Source of the DNA: Andalucia godoyi And28
Lineage: Eukaryota > Protista > Jakobida
Assembly: GCA_009859145.1 (NCBI GenBank)
Contig: VRVR01000041.1
Coordinates: 1 to 64,000, forward strand
Direction: 5' to 3'
Length of the DNA: 64,000 bases
The first letter of the stretch is position 1. Each line of letters starts with the position of its first letter. This document shows positions 1 to 12,100 of the stretch, piece after piece. A program made the position numbers and the translations under genes. The notes under the pieces were generated by a model, which saw only the letters and a list, made by a program, of their open reading frames with translations, was not told the DNA's origin and ran no database searches.

Positions 1-357
1 AAGCGCGCTCAGCTCCTCCGCACGTGTCTGCTCGTCGGTGGGGAAGAGCAGCCGTCTGTGCAGCCGCTCACCATGGAGGAGTTCGCCGACCTCGTGGACC
101 GCATTGCAGAGAACCAGTGTCTGGGTGCTACCGCGACCAGCGAGTTCGTCGCATTCGTCTCTGCAATCCGCCGAACGGGGGAGGTGCCCAACGCAAAGAC
201 GCGCAAGAAAGTGTCGAACGCCGCTCTGCGTGCAAGCCAGCTGTTTCGTGGCAGTTGCTTCACCGATGGGCACAGGCCGAACATCACTGCGCCTCTCCAG
301 CTCAAGACGGAGCGGGAGCTGTGTGCGCTGTACCTCGCCATGCGCGCCGCCCGATGA
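1..357 (+). CDS. 3' part of a hypothetical protein (5'-truncated by the window edge)
   Basis: Frame 1 is open from base 1 to TGA at 355-357 (KRAQLLRTCLL...LYLAMRAAR) with GC-rich codons. No recognisable motif. Confidence 0.5.
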   Translation, partial: KRAQLLRTCLLVGGEEQPSVQPLTMEEFADLVDRIAENQCLGATATSEFVAFVSAIRRTGEVPNAKTRKKVSNAALRASQLFRGSCFTDGHRPNITAPLQLKTERELCALYLAMRAAR

Positions 358-704
358 TCACGCATGGTACAATAAAGAACCCAATCTGGATGCAGTGCTC
401 TGCTTACTCTGTATAACTCAACGGAATGCAACAGGTGACACCCTTCCTGTCTCTTCTCTGCGAGCGTGGTTAGTGTCGCGCCGGGCAAGAAGAAGGCTCG
501 GAACACACGCATGTGAGGGCCCCCGTGCCACATTCCATCACTAGATGCAGCGGCGAGGACAGATTCGTTGTTGAAAAAACATACTGATAGAAAACGACTG
601 TAGTCGGGAATTAGGTAATTAATATTTTACGTATAACTCCTGAACGGCGTCGTCCCCAGGCGATATTTGTGTACCGGACTGCTCGGCGTCCCCGACTCTA
701 CCAG

Positions 705-802
705 TCCCCAGCATCATCTCAGAAAAAGTGCTGTGGACCATTTTCCGTATTTGTCCCCATCATTATCTCAGAAAAGGTGGTCTGGCGAGTTTTCCGTATT
801 TG
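705..802 (+). repeat. Imperfect tandem duplication, 2 x 49 nt, abutting repeat copy A
   Basis: TCCCCAGCATCATCTCAGAAAAAGTGCTGTGGACCATTTTCCGTATTTG (705-753) versus TCCCCATCATTATCTCAGAAAAGGTGGTCTGGCGAGTTTTCCGTATTTG (754-802). Confidence 0.8.
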
Positions 803-1284
803 TTGCCGCGAAGGGGACAGGCCCCAACACGCCCCACGGCGTTCTTCAGATAAATGTTCCGCGCTCCGTTCCCAATCTCGATCAATCGGTGGGCCACTTT
901 CTCAGCGTGACACGTGGTTCTTGAGAAGAGTGCATTTTGATGCTGACGGCCCTAGCAGCAGGCGTAGTGACACGTGGGTCTCTTAGTAGGTCTGCGGGAC
1001 CTAGGAGGCCCTGTATCGAGCGGCGTAGGCGTAGGCGTAGGCGAATGCGTCATCCCAGAGCACCCACGCCCACATTTGAATTAAAAAAGTGAACCAAAAA
1101 AAGTGAAACCAACGAATGATAGAATAGATGGCTACGGATGCTGCGTTAAAGAGTGTCGAAAATGCGGAGCCTGTGAAACCGACTGAATTCTGGCCGAGCG
1201 TGCGTAAGCACGAATTCCTGTGAAACAAACGTGCTAGTGTCGGCCGATGCTTCCGTGTGCATGACAATGACGTGTTATTATTCA
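802..1284. mobile_element. Dispersed intergenic repeat, copy A (putative non-autonomous element or decayed gene-family remnant)
   Basis: Left arm 802-964 and right arm about 1103-1284 align closely with 18941-19104/19380-19564 and 41749-41840/41920-42130. The block 1038-1080 is shared with copy B. The repeat is directly visible; mobility is inferred. Confidence 0.75.
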
Positions 1285-1405
1285 ACGGCGCATTTTCTTT
1301 CCAAAAACAGAATTATAATAATAAAAAATGGGAAAGCACTGCGCAGCACCGTGTTCGTTTGCTGTTGCCACAGATTCTTGTTTCTTGTTTCTCAAACAGC
1401 CCACC

Positions 1406-3379
1406 ATGCTGTCAGAATCCGTCTCGCGTCGCTTCCTTCCGACTATACCCTCCTTCGTATCAGTTTTCTTTTTGAGTGCGGTCTTCTTTTCCGTGCGGAC
1501 GAGTGCGCAGTGCTTTTGGGCCCCCGTTCCGACAAACCTGCCTGTAAGTCCGCTTCCGCAGGTGCTTGCGGCTGCATTTCGTTCTGCAGACGCAGTTTTC
1601 CAAGCACATCAACGGGAAGTCGGAATTCCGGGAACCGTGTATGGAGTCGCGTACAAGGGCCAGGTGTTCCACGTGTTCGGAGTTGGCAATCGCAATGCGT
1701 CCGACCGACTCAGTAGTGCACCAGATGAACGTACTCCTTTCCGTATTGGTTCCATTACAAAAGTGCTAACGACGATTAATCTTCTCCATGACGTACTCTC
1801 TGGCTGTGTAAGCCTCAGCGACTCACTTCAGCATGTTCTGCAGAACTTCTCGATTTCGATGCCGTTCCGCTTTCCTACAAAAGTTACTTTTGCAGATCTT
1901 TTGGGCCAGACGTCCGGTATGCCGCGGCTCACACCTTGTACCTCTGATGTCCAGTGTGAATATTCGACGAAAGAGATTTTGAACCGGATCGCGAGCGCTG
2001 GAATCGGAATGCTCTACACTGCGGGTTTCCGTGGTTCCTATTCAAACCTCGGCTTTAGCTTAGTTGGTCATGCATCCGAATATATCTGTGGGCGCAACGG
2101 GACTATAAGATACGCAGATTTAGTGCGTGAACAGGTGCTGAAGAAATGGTGGCTGAACGACACTGGATTCGTCTTCGACGACGAACTAAAGAGTCGAATT
2201 GCAGTTGGACTGATGCAGGATCCGTTGACAAAGCAATACACTCCCGCTCCACTTTACTCGATCGGCTGGAACAGCCCCTCTGGTGAGGCTTTTTCTACGA
2301 TTGCAGATCTCCTTCGTTTGGCAGATCATCTTATGCATGGCCTTTCGTTTGAAGATCAGCTGCTAAGCACTCCGGAGGCTGGCCTAGCAGCAACTGCGAC
2401 GGATGAGGTACTAGACACGTATTTGCGTCGTGAATTCTTTCGTCCGTCATTTGTGTTCAACGACAACTCTGCTTACGGACACCCGGCGGAGATGTTCGCC
2501 ACAATGAATGGGAATCTGCGAATGTACAGCAAGGATGGAGCAATTTATGGATACGAGTCAATGCTCGTCATGCAGCCTGACATGGATTTCTCCTTGGCTA
2601 TTCTGTCGAATCGGGATTCAACTGGAATGCGCAACATTACCCAGATGCTATCTGACATCATTGTTCCGGCGTTTGTGCAAGCTATCGGTGAAGCGGGGCC
2701 CTATCCATTCCTCGTGCCAGCGAATCCGGCTCAACTGCGTGGTGTCCTGGGCACTTTTTGGCTTCCGCGGCATTTGGGCTCCGTCAAAGTTGGTCTGGTT
2801 GCCAACAGCGGTCCTCTCAACTTTTCCGTCTTCATTGGCAGCTTGCAACTTTCGGGGTATTTGTCGTTCGTGGAGTCCCGATCGATCGTGCTGCCGTATT
2901 TCAACAATGGGGATGTGTTTGTGGCGGACGTTTACAGACTCGTCAATGTGCTGTTCCGTGACCCGACTATCAGTTGCCAAGGAGAAATGGGAGGCTACCC
3001 GATGTCGGAGTTTGTGTTTGCTCCGTGTGGTGCTGCTCAGCCCACCCAATTCTGCTACGTTTTCCATTTGACGATGGCCTACGGACCGAATAATGTTCTA
3101 ACGCGTGATGATGCACGTGACCAGCCTCCTCTGCCTCCTGTTCCTGTGAACCCCGTCGTCCCGCCAGCAATGCCCGATCCCAACAATTTCTGCGGCGATC
3201 GTGGCTGGACAAAGAAAGAAAAAGACGGTGCGATTGCTGCACTGGTGATTTTGGGGGTGTTCTCAGTAGTCTCCGTCGCTGCGAATATTGTGTTTTGGAG
3301 GAAGTCGCGCAAACCCTCCGGTGCAGCAGGCAATCTCTTGGAACCCGCAGATTCAGACTCGATGTACATTCGTTCGTGA
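1406..3379 (+). CDS. Membrane-anchored serine beta-lactamase/PBP-fold hydrolase (class C/LACTBL1-like)
   Basis: SxxK (FRIGSITK, about 1751-1762), YSN (2039-2047) and KDG (2531-2539) triad motifs. N-terminal hydrophobic signal after CCACCATG at 1406 (in-frame upstream ATG at 1328). Pro-rich linker and C-terminal TM helix GAIAALVILGVFSVVSVAANIVFW. Confidence 0.85.
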   Translation: MLSESVSRRFLPTIPSFVSVFFLSAVFFSVRTSAQCFWAPVPTNLPVSPLPQVLAAAFRSADAVFQAHQREVGIPGTVYGVAYKGQVFHVFGVGNRNASDRLSSAPDERTPFRIGSITKVLTTINLLHDVLSGCVSLSDSLQHVLQNFSISMPFRFPTKVTFADLLGQTSGMPRLTPCTSDVQCEYSTKEILNRIASAGIGMLYTAGFRGSYSNLGFSLVGHASEYICGRNGTIRYADLVREQVLKKWWLNDTGFVFDDELKSRIAVGLMQDPLTKQYTPAPLYSIGWNSPSGEAFSTIADLLRLADHLMHGLSFEDQLLSTPEAGLAATATDEVLDTYLRREFFRPSFVFNDNSAYGHPAEMFATMNGNLRMYSKDGAIYGYESMLVMQPDMDFSLAILSNRDSTGMRNITQMLSDIIVPAFVQAIGEAGPYPFLVPANPAQLRGVLGTFWLPRHLGSVKVGLVANSGPLNFSVFIGSLQLSGYLSFVESRSIVLPYFNNGDVFVADVYRLVNVLFRDPTISCQGEMGGYPMSEFVFAPCGAAQPTQFCYVFHLTMAYGPNNVLTRDDARDQPPLPPVPVNPVVPPAMPDPNNFCGDRGWTKKEKDGAIAALVILGVFSVVSVAANIVFWRKSRKPSGAAGNLLEPADSDSMYIRS

Positions 3380-3816
3380 CCCACATTTCCTTTTGTCGTC
3401 GTCGTCTTCTTCTTCTTCTTTTTCTTTTCTCCCTTTCTGTCGTGGCTTTTGTTGTCAACAATCAAGCACCGTTCATTTCAGTGCTTGCACTTGCCCGCGA
3501 GAGATTGCGTGTATGTGTTCTGTCCTTGAAGAGGACAAACTACCATCCTATACCGTGGTTTTGATTCATTACATAAAATACTGACACATACATTCAGCAC
3601 AGCAGCGTTCCGATAGAAATTGGAAAGGACACGCCTTCTTTGTTACTCTGCACTTCTAATCGATTTCTCGCACGCAAAATTGACAACAACGAATAAAACA
3701 AACAAACAAACACTATCCATTGAGAAAAACGGAGGAAGGGGAGGGAAAGAGAAGAGAGAAAAGAGAAAATCCGATATGATACGTGCTCGGCCGTCGTCTG
3801 CCTGGCGAAAACGGAT

Positions 3817-4401
3817 TCATGTGAGCAATCGATCGATTTCGGACTTGGCAACCTTTAATCGCTGCTGGAACCTCCTGCGAACTGCGTCTTCTTCATCACA
3901 AATCGTCTGCCAACTTTCCTTTTCCTTTGAAACGGATTTTGCGAGTTCTCCAATGACGTCCTTTGTTGAAGAACTCCGTTTTTCGAAAGCGTCGAGTCGA
4001 GCTTTCAGGGACGCCAATTCCAGATCCAGCGATGCCATGCTCTTGGAATGGTCAACCCGACACTTGTTAAACGACTCGACGTGGGCATGAAACGACTCTT
4101 TCAGCAGCTCGTCTGATTTGATCCGTGCAGATGATCGGTTCGAACCCGCTCCAGACCCGGATCCAGATCCACCACGAGCCCGCGCTCCACCAGCCATGCC
4201 TGGTTCTGCATGGTTGAGAGACCCACGATAGAAAACACCATCTGTACTGCTGCTTTCGTTGGTTGAACTGGAGTTCGTACGCGGACGTGTGTACGCGGCG
4301 GCGGCATGCGAGAAATCATGTGACTGATCGATGTGCGGAGGCGACGGGAAGTCCGGAGATCCAGTCGAGCTCGCCGACGAACTTGTGGACGTAAACGACA
4401 T
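3817..4401 (-). CDS. Hypothetical protein with Ser/Gly-rich N-terminus and C-terminal coiled coil
   Basis: ATG at 4401, 194-aa ORF with heptad-like LDLELASLKARLDAFEK. An upstream exon cannot be excluded. Confidence 0.6.
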   Translation of the reverse strand: MSFTSTSSSASSTGSPDFPSPPHIDQSHDFSHAAAAYTRPRTNSSSTNESSSTDGVFYRGSLNHAEPGMAGGARARGGSGSGSGAGSNRSSARIKSDELLKESFHAHVESFNKCRVDHSKSMASLDLELASLKARLDAFEKRSSSTKDVIGELAKSVSKEKESWQTICDEEDAVRRRFQQRLKVAKSEIDRLLT

Positions 4402-4948
4402 TGTATGTATGCAAGCACTGTATCCCGTGTGCTATGGTGTGAGCGTCAGCAACACAAAAGATGCGGAACCAGGACTGGAAACCAAAAGACCGCGGTGGGT
4501 CATTTCTTCCGCCAAATCAAAAACGGGATTCGACGAGTCCGGTTTTTTTCCCACCACCGCAGTGTTACTCCCCATCGCAGTTCTCGTTTTTGTCCAGTGT
4601 GGGCGCAGTAGATGAGCAAACGACGCTTGCATCGACGGTCGGTCTGCTCATCCATGTCTGTCATCGTTGACTGTCAAAAATCTGCTGTAGGCAAAATTCC
4701 GCAAAGGAAAACATAAAACGGTTCGCTTAAAACGTCGGGGGAAAACCTCCCGTTTTTTTACTCGTTTATCTATCTATCCAACTTTTTTGTAAAAATTCAA
4801 CATCTTTTTTTTTTTTTTGCGTGCGTTTGAAAAGGAAATTTTGATTGTGCGAATCTCTTCTTTTCCGGTGATACCTGAATGATGCTGTTCGTAGAATTCG
4901 CATCAGCAGTAGTAGCGTCTCATTCAGCTCCGATAAAACACCAGCAGC

Positions 4949-5551
4949 ATGGATCCAATTGAGAGGTTGTCAAAGGAACTGCAGGAAGAGTATGTAAAAA
5001 CGTCGAAGCAGGTTGAAACGTATTTCAGTTTGTTTTCCAAAGTTGACGACAGCCAACATCCGCAGCATCCGGCGTCCTTGGAGCTCTCGGAAGCGCAGAG
5101 ACCAGGTGGGATGGAAGAGGCACGGCGGCATCTGCAGAGGGAGTATGAAGATGCGTTGGTAACCCCAAGAATACCGGACATTCGAAAGGGCGTGGATTTT
5201 TCCAGCCAAGCTGTCGTGCCCGGCAGCACAGGCAGCATCCACGGTTCGTTCGAGACTTGGCTAGCTTCGGATCAGTTCGATGTGAAGCAGGTCGCCGATT
5301 CTATGGGAGCTGCGCAAGAGAAATACATGCAGGATCTGCAGAGTGTCCTGGGCGAGTCGAGAAAATGGAGATCGGCACTCTCTGACCCCAAGATGGACAA
5401 ACAACCGCTGCATAACGGCCGCGACGTCAGCTCGGTCCGCTATGCGCCATATCCCGAACAGCGGAATGCCTCGTTTCGCATGCGCAGCATCAGCGATCGC
5501 GAGCTCGATCTAAGCAACTTCGACATTTCGACGCTGAAAAGAATGCGATGA
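4949..5551 (+). CDS. Hypothetical protein, 200 aa, possibly nuclear
   Basis: ATG-initiated ORF with protein-like composition, RYAPY (PY-NLS-like) and a basic C-terminus KRMR. No family recognised. Confidence 0.65.
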   Translation: MDPIERLSKELQEEYVKTSKQVETYFSLFSKVDDSQHPQHPASLELSEAQRPGGMEEARRHLQREYEDALVTPRIPDIRKGVDFSSQAVVPGSTGSIHGSFETWLASDQFDVKQVADSMGAAQEKYMQDLQSVLGESRKWRSALSDPKMDKQPLHNGRDVSSVRYAPYPEQRNASFRMRSISDRELDLSNFDISTLKRMR

Positions 5552-5687
5552 ACCGGAAAATGCCCTGCCGATGAACGATCTTTCTGCTTTACCACTGGCT
5601 TCTTTTCTTATTTTTAATAATAAAATCTTTTTTTCTTCCCTCACCACCCCCTCCCCCCTTCTCTCCACGTCTCATTCGTTCTTCTAA

Positions 5688-7940
5688 TTAACGTCTGCGA
5701 ATGTGACGAGTCTTGCTCCTCTTCTTCTTTGGTCCATCTCGACTTTCCTTACGCTTGTTGGCCTTCATCTCCTTCATCAGCGTTCCGTCCATTCGCTTCA
5801 GTTTCTTTGGATTCTTGCTTTCAGAATTGGCCTTCTTGTACAGACTATCAAGAGCTCTCGACTTTTCGGATGCCGACATTTCGGAGTTCTCCAAAATCCC
5901 AGAGGTCTTATCTCGAAGCTTGTTCACTTCACGATTGAGATGATGGTGCTTTCGTGCTTTGGCCTCGGCAACCTTCTTGATGGGACGAGAGTTCAGTTCC
6001 TGGAACTTCGCCTTCTCTGCCAAAATCTCAGTCTTCGTTACCGGCGCAATTGCAGTCGAGTAAATTTCCTCCGAGTCACGGAACCACGCAGGAGCAGCGT
6101 CCAGATCGTCGAAGGCGTAGCGATTGTACGCCGCATCAATCATATCCATGCGATTCTTCTTCTTCAGCATTTTCTTACCGATCGCCATGATCATAGCCTT
6201 CTGATCAATCGGCACTTCCTCAAACTCGCCATCGGAGTCGTCGTCGTCTTTTGCAGCGGAAGGCACCTTGCGATTTCTCGAAATCACGCCACGGCCGTCG
6301 TCTTCTGAGTCACTTGCAGAGTCCGAATCGGAGTCAGACTCGCTGATTTCGTCCGAGTCCGCATCACTGTCGTTCTCTGCCTGTTCGCGCGACCGCTTTC
6401 GGGACACTGGCTGCTTGTCAGGAAGCGACATGTCTGCAACGTCAAAAAAGTTCGACGAAAACCACCTGTTGCTCGAAACTCCATTTGCAGCAGGCTTTGG
6501 CAATGTGGAAACGACTCCTGCAGAACCGTCTTCCAAAGGGGCAGGAGCGTTCATTTTTCTCGCTTTGTACATCTGATACATCCGATCAAGGTCGTTTTCC
6601 AAGTCATGGTAGTCCTCATCATCTGACTCCCACTCCAAAGGTTCCTCGTCGTCGGGAATACTGTCGTCCACATCCTCATCGGAAACAGGATCCAAATTGA
6701 CATTTCCCGATTTGGTCGCAGCAGCAAACAGTGAAGCATCTCCATATGTATCAAGGAGCAAAGACGTGTCCATATCATCATTGGTCATTCCTCCCAAACG
6801 GGCTTTCTGTTTCAATTTCTTGTCCCGCTCTCGCTTCTCCTCTTTTCTCTTTCTCTTCGCTTCTTTTTCACGGAATTCGCGCAGTTTTTCGTTGACTGAG
6901 TCAAGTGCATCCTCTTCTTCTTCCACCTCGATCTCTTCGACTGCACTGGCGGCTCTCGACTTCTTTGATGCCGCCGAGTCTTGCATCAGCTTCTTCGCTT
7001 TCAACCGGGACTTCAGCATCGCCTTGAGATCTCTTTTGCCGAGAACGCGGACGTCTTTGAACAACTCAAACAGCTCAGTCGAAAAAACAGAAGCATACTT
7101 CTCCTTCTCTTCATCAGAAACGCTAATCCGGTTTATCGTCGCCAAGAGGATTGCCGGAGAATCGTTCAACACAAAATCTGTAAATGAGACTTCCTTGAAA
7201 AGCAACGTCGCACCCTCCTCATATCCCTCTCGATTTCTTTTTTGTTTTTCATTGATTGTGTGTGGCTTGTTCTCCTCGACGTCTTCAAAGACATGTTTGA
7301 TGTCAAACAGCTTCGGATCAATTTTCTTCGGGCAAATGAAATCCTGGCAAACAACGAATATTTCCGCGGAAACTGCACGGGAAGACGCAGGCTTGGTCGC
7401 ATGCACTTTCTTGAACAATTGTTGGAACACCCAGATCAAAGAGTTGTAGTCCTTGGAGCGGAAGACCTTGGAGACAAACGTGCCTCCCGGTCGTAAGAAC
7501 TCACAGGCCAGCTTCAGAGAGCACAGCACAAGATCCGCCTGCGTGAATGCATCGCTCACCCAAGTTGTACCCATATTTGGCGCACCATCATGCAGAACGA
7601 CGTCTGCATTCCATGTCTTCAGCTCTTTGCGGATTGCTGTGCGACACTTTTCCGTCGTAATGTCCTCCACAAGCGTAATGACATTCTTGATTGGCTTGAT
7701 TGGAACAAGATCTACTCCGATAATAAGCGAACTCACAGGCATGTATTTCTGTGCAACTTGCATCCAACCACCAGGCGCCGCACAAAGATCGATGCACACA
7801 CGAGCAGAGTTCAGAAAGTCAAACTTCTTGTTCAGCTGGATCAGCTTAAAAGCGGAACGCGCTCGAAAACCTTGTTCTTTCGCAAGCACATAGTACTTAT
7901 CCAGACGCTCTTTTCCTGTCTTTTTCCCTTGTTTACCCAT
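5688..7940 (-). CDS. SPB1: Pre-rRNA 2'-O-ribose methyltransferase SPB1/FTSJ3
   Basis: MGKQGKK...RLDKYY...[33 protein letters not shown] and SRAVSAEIF motifs, plus the Spb1 C-terminal [13 protein letters not shown]. The true ATG is at 7940; the track's upstream extension is UTR. Confidence 0.97.
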   Translation of the reverse strand: MGKQGKKTGKERLDKYYVLAKEQGFRARSAFKLIQLNKKFDFLNSARVCIDLCAAPGGWMQVAQKYMPVSSLIIGVDLVPIKPIKNVITLVEDITTEKCRTAIRKELKTWNADVVLHDGAPNMGTTWVSDAFTQADLVLCSLKLACEFLRPGGTFVSKVFRSKDYNSLIWVFQQLFKKVHATKPASSRAVSAEIFVVCQDFICPKKIDPKLFDIKHVFEDVEENKPHTINEKQKRNREGYEEGATLLFKEVSFTDFVLNDSPAILLATINRISVSDEEKEKYASVFSTELFELFKDVRVLGKRDLKAMLKSRLKAKKLMQDSAASKKSRAASAVEEIEVEEEEDALDSVNEKLREFREKEAKRKRKEEKRERDKKLKQKARLGGMTNDDMDTSLLLDTYGDASLFAAATKSGNVNLDPVSDEDVDDSIPDDEEPLEWESDDEDYHDLENDLDRMYQMYKARKMNAPAPLEDGSAGVVSTLPKPAANGVSSNRWFSSNFFDVADMSLPDKQPVSRKRSREQAENDSDADSDEISESDSDSDSASDSEDDGRGVISRNRKVPSAAKDDDDSDGEFEEVPIDQKAMIMAIGKKMLKKKNRMDMIDAAYNRYAFDDLDAAPAWFRDSEEIYSTAIAPVTKTEILAEKAKFQELNSRPIKKVAEAKARKHHHLNREVNKLRDKTSGILENSEMSASEKSRALDSLYKKANSESKNPKKLKRMDGTLMKEMKANKRKESRDGPKKKRSKTRHIRRR

Positions 7941-8428
7941 GACAAATGTCCACACAGATAGCCCACCAAACGAATCAAAAAAAGAAGAAAAATCGATCAG
8001 CAATAATAACCCATTAAGAGAGAGAAGAAGAACATTAAAGTAAGAGTTTTTCCACACACGAGAACACAAGAAACGAGATGCGAGCGAGATGTCTGAGAAA
8101 ACAAACTCAAACGCCTTTGCAAAAAGTCGCTCATAGCAGGCATCAAGCAGCGGGGCATCAAGTAGGGCCTTTTTTTTTCCGCGAACCTTTTGATCTTTGG
8201 CTTTTTGGAATTTGGATGCATGTTTTTTCTTTAATCGCATAAACATCCTAATTTCCATACGGATGCTCTCTTTTCTGTTTTTCGTTTTTCTTTGGAATTA
8301 TTAATTTTTTGCGTATTTTGTTTTTTTTATTTTTGTTTTGTTTTTCTTCCTCTTTGTTTTTCGATACTGTTGCTTACATTGTTTCCAATACTTCTGCATT
8401 GGCCATTCGCGGTCCACAGTTCTACTCT

Positions 8429-11400
8429 ATGCCATTGGACGAAACATCACAGCACATCGTTGAGCTGTTTGTATCAACGTTTCAGCTGGTGTCTCCTGCC
8501 GAGCGCAAAGCCGCAGAAGATCATTTGGCAAAGGTATGTGAATGCTGCCTCTTTCACTGATTCTTTGTTTTTTCACTTTTTCTTTCATCTCCGATGTCTG
8601 TCGTGGTTTGTGGTTTTTTTTTTTTTTTTTTTTGTTGTTGCTGCTTCGATGCATGATTGTTGGGCTAATTTTATTTTTTCTTCTCGTATTTGTGTCGACA
8701 TTATGATTACTATGGATATTTATTGTTTTTGCGGGAAAAACATGAAATCTAGATTGGGGAACAACCAGGTGCAATTTCTGCAGTGGGGGCGCTGTTGTCA
8801 CACAATGAGGTGTCTCCACATGTGAAGCAAGCGATTGCGATTTGGCTGAAGAACACAGTGGTCCAGAACTATCGCAAGTTGCATGAGGGCGATCGCAGCT
8901 TTATCCAAAGCCGCGTTCTTGGCTGGATGATGGATTCGGAACAGTCTGTTCGCGTTCAGATGACAACGGTACTGCGAACGATTGCAGACGCCGATTTCAT
9001 GGAGAACCCGATGCCCATCGTGAACACGATCCTGTCGACGATGCCAATGGACAGTCCTTCGAGAATGGCGGGCTCCATTCTTGCATTGCGGACCATTTGC
9101 AAAGCGTATCAGTACCGCAGTGTGGAGCGGCGACAGTGTCTGGGCGAAATCGCACAGGTGATTTTTCCATTGCTGCTGCAGATCGGGCAATCTCTTGTTG
9201 CACAGGATTTGAACGCGATTGCCAATCATCCCGATGTCGAATTGGTTGGCCTGCTACTCGTGCTCATTTTCAAGACGTTCTATTCTTGCACGTTCTTGAC
9301 ATTGCCGGACTACGTACAAGTTCCTGAAAATTTTGCGAACTGGGCGTCGTTGGTTGGGCATGTTTTATCCATGCAGATTCCGCAAGGCACCTATTCCGAT
9401 ATTGCGGATCCCAGAAACACATTGTGGAAAGCGAAGAAGTGGAGCGCAAACATTGTTTGGAGAATGCTGATTCGATATGGCAACCCCAAGACCGCCTCAA
9501 AGGAGTACAAGCCATTCTCGGAGAGATTCATGTCCACGTATGCATGCTCGTTTTTGGACGTCTTCTTGTCCATCATCGCTGCAACGGTTCATCATTCTAT
9601 TCCTCCAAAGATCGTCAATTTCGCGCTGAATTACACTGCACATGCACTTCAATTAGCCATCACTTTCAAGAAGATCAAGCCCATGCTGCCGCAACTGCTG
9701 TTTGAATACTGTTTTCCGATCATTTGCTTGAACAAGGAAGACTTTCAGTTGTTCGAAGAGAATCCAGTGGAGTACATCCGACGGCAAAACGACATCATGG
9801 ATGAATATGAGAATCCATCCAAGACTGCAATGAATTTGTTTACCGAAGTCTGTGTTCTGCGTGGGAAGGACTCGCTGCCTCTCATCACTGGTTTCATCAA
9901 CGAGCATCTTCGCTCGTCATCGCAAATCCACGTTGTCGTCGGAGTTCTGCGAGTTCTCATTGCACTGTGTGATGTCCTCAAATCAGCGCAATTGCCGTAC
10001 CGTAATCACTTGGAGACGATGATCACATCGTCGATTTTCCCGTTGTTCCGCTCGGAATCTCCATTCTTGCGCTCGTTGGCTTGTACAGTTGTCGAAAAAT
10101 ATGCAGATGTGCCTTGGAAGAATGAACAGAACCCTGTCATTGTGGCCCAGTATCTTGTCCAGCTGATTGGAGATAACATACTGCCAGTGCGTGTTAGTGC
10201 TGGCATTGCCCTGCGACCGTACATTGACAAGAAGATGGTGGCAGAGACTGTGATCAAGCCCCTTCTTCCGGAAGTGGTTGCACAATACTTGAAGATTATC
10301 CGTGAAATCGAGAATGACTGGCTGGTCAATTCTTTGGAGAGCATTGTCGAGATATTTGGGCCTGAAGTCACCCCGTTTGCCGCCGATCTTATGAAGTCCC
10401 TGTGTGCTTCTGCGCAACACATGCTGGAAGAGTCCCAAGATGAAAACGGTTCCGAGGACTCTGTCTTTGCCATTCAGTCCTGCTTTTCGACCATGGCAAC
10501 TCTCATTGGTTCCGTCGGAACGGCATTTGCAGAATCCAACAAACCCGTATCGCAGGAACTGTTCAATGCCATCGATGCCATCATGGTTCCTTTCATCGCG
10601 AGCATTTTCCAGTCCCAATATGTCGATCTCCTGGAGGACATGGTGCACTTGCTGGTCCAGCTGACGTTCTTTGCTCCGTCGGTGTCTCCTGCCATGTGGT
10701 CTCTGTATCCATTGATGTGCGATTCCTTTAACACGTGGGCTTTTGATTACCTGGAGGAGTTTTTACCCATTTTTGACAATTATGTCTCGCATGGTATGGA
10801 TGACTTCTGTCTGAACGATCGTCCGATAAGGCTTCTGCAGGTGATTCAGCGCTCCATCTCCTCCTTCTATTTTAGACCAAACTATGAGAATCCCGATGCG
10901 CCAACGCACATTCCTTTTGAGCAACTGCCGCAACTGATGTTGAAGAAGCTTCCTATTGGCACCTCGGAGCGGCCATTGTGGCACCCGTGTCGCCTAATCG
11001 AGGTCGTCGTGCAGCATGTGGGCTCGAAGCTCCCGGAACAGATTCCCACCTTCCTTTCTCTTGCTGTTCCCCTTGTTATTTCCGGTGCACGGACTGTGCC
11101 TCTTCGAATTCTTGCTTCCAACATTGTATGGGATGCTCTGCATGCCGTTCCGGAAGTCTCGCTCAATGCTCTTACGGGAATGCATGCAATGGATCCGCTT
11201 TTCAATCGTCTATGTGCTCGGGTGTTGCCCCATTTGACGAGGGCATATGATTGCAAGGTTGCAGCGTTGGGAATGCTTTCCTTGCTGAAGCTGATGGTAA
11301 CCAGGAGTCCTGCTGTTCCGGCTGATTGGATTGCGACGTTGGATCAGCGGTCTGCAGTCATTCTGGTTTGGATCATCAAGGTGCTGAAGAAGGTCCGCGA

Positions 11401-11983
11401 CACGCAGGCAGAAGGTGAGAACGATAACGGTCGACAACGTTTCCGACGTGCGAACCACAATGGTGACGATGGCGCGGGCGATATCGAGGATGATGATGAT
11501 GACGAAGAAGATGATGTTGGCGGATTTGATCTACACGGAAATGACTTGCAGATTTATGATGTGGACGACGATACCGATGCTGTTTCTGCAGAAGAGGCCG
11601 AGTATCTTGAAAAGCTGAGCCAGCGTATCCGATTCCACAATGAGAAGCAAGAGCAACTAAAGGAAAAGAAAGCACAAGGCCAAGATGCTGATGGCGATGA
11701 TGACGATGCCGAGGAAACGGACGACTTCAATGATTTGGATGATGAGGACGCAATTTACTATTCGGTGATTGACGACATCGACGAATTCATGGACTTCACC
11801 GAATTCCTGGGCCAACAAAACGCTTTCATCCAGCATTTGTGGGGAAGCGGCGTCCTGCATCACACGGCAACGCATTTCGGGCTGGAAAATCTCGAGGCCT
11901 CTGTGGCGGAAATACAACGAGAAGCTGCAGAACGAAAGAAGGCATACGATGAGGAAGCCCAGCAACAACAGCAGCAGCAGTAG
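8429..11983 (+). CDS. IPO7: Importin-7/8 (Nmd5/Sxm1/SAD2) family karyopherin; 2 exons, 8429-8533 and 8753-11983
   Basis: A phase-0 intron at 8534-8752 (GTATGT...TAG) joins ...ERKAAEDHLAK to IGEQPGAISAVG...VKQAIAIWLKN (importin-beta N-terminal domain). WKAKKW and FEENPVEYIRR motifs and an acidic C-terminal loop are present. Confidence 0.9.
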
Positions 11984-12100
11984 TAGTAGTAGTGGTGGTG
12001 GTGGTAGTCGTAGTGGTAGTGCTGGTGGTAGTCGTCGTCGTAATCGTAGCAGTAAAGGTTGGATTGTGATCTTTCGAATGAGGACAGTTAAAACCTGCGT

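Noticed and set aside
358-544. WYNKEPNLDAVLCLLC in ORF 38..544 as a hAT/TTF zinc-finger fragment
   Set aside because: The resemblance is weak, the ORF overlaps a better frame-1 CDS, and no transposase motifs are nearby.
5703-7893. Long antisense ORFs opposite SPB1 (and similar shadow ORFs opposite the golgin, PH, HAUS5 and OSCA genes)
   Set aside because: They are Ser/Phe/Leu-rich mirror translations of codon-biased, low-complexity sense genes, with no independent motifs.
11960-12050. TAG reassignment or readthrough suggested by (CAG)n(TAG)n at the end of the importin gene
   Set aside because: It is a trinucleotide microsatellite. The long ORFs have no in-frame TAG and several conserved genes end normally at TAG.
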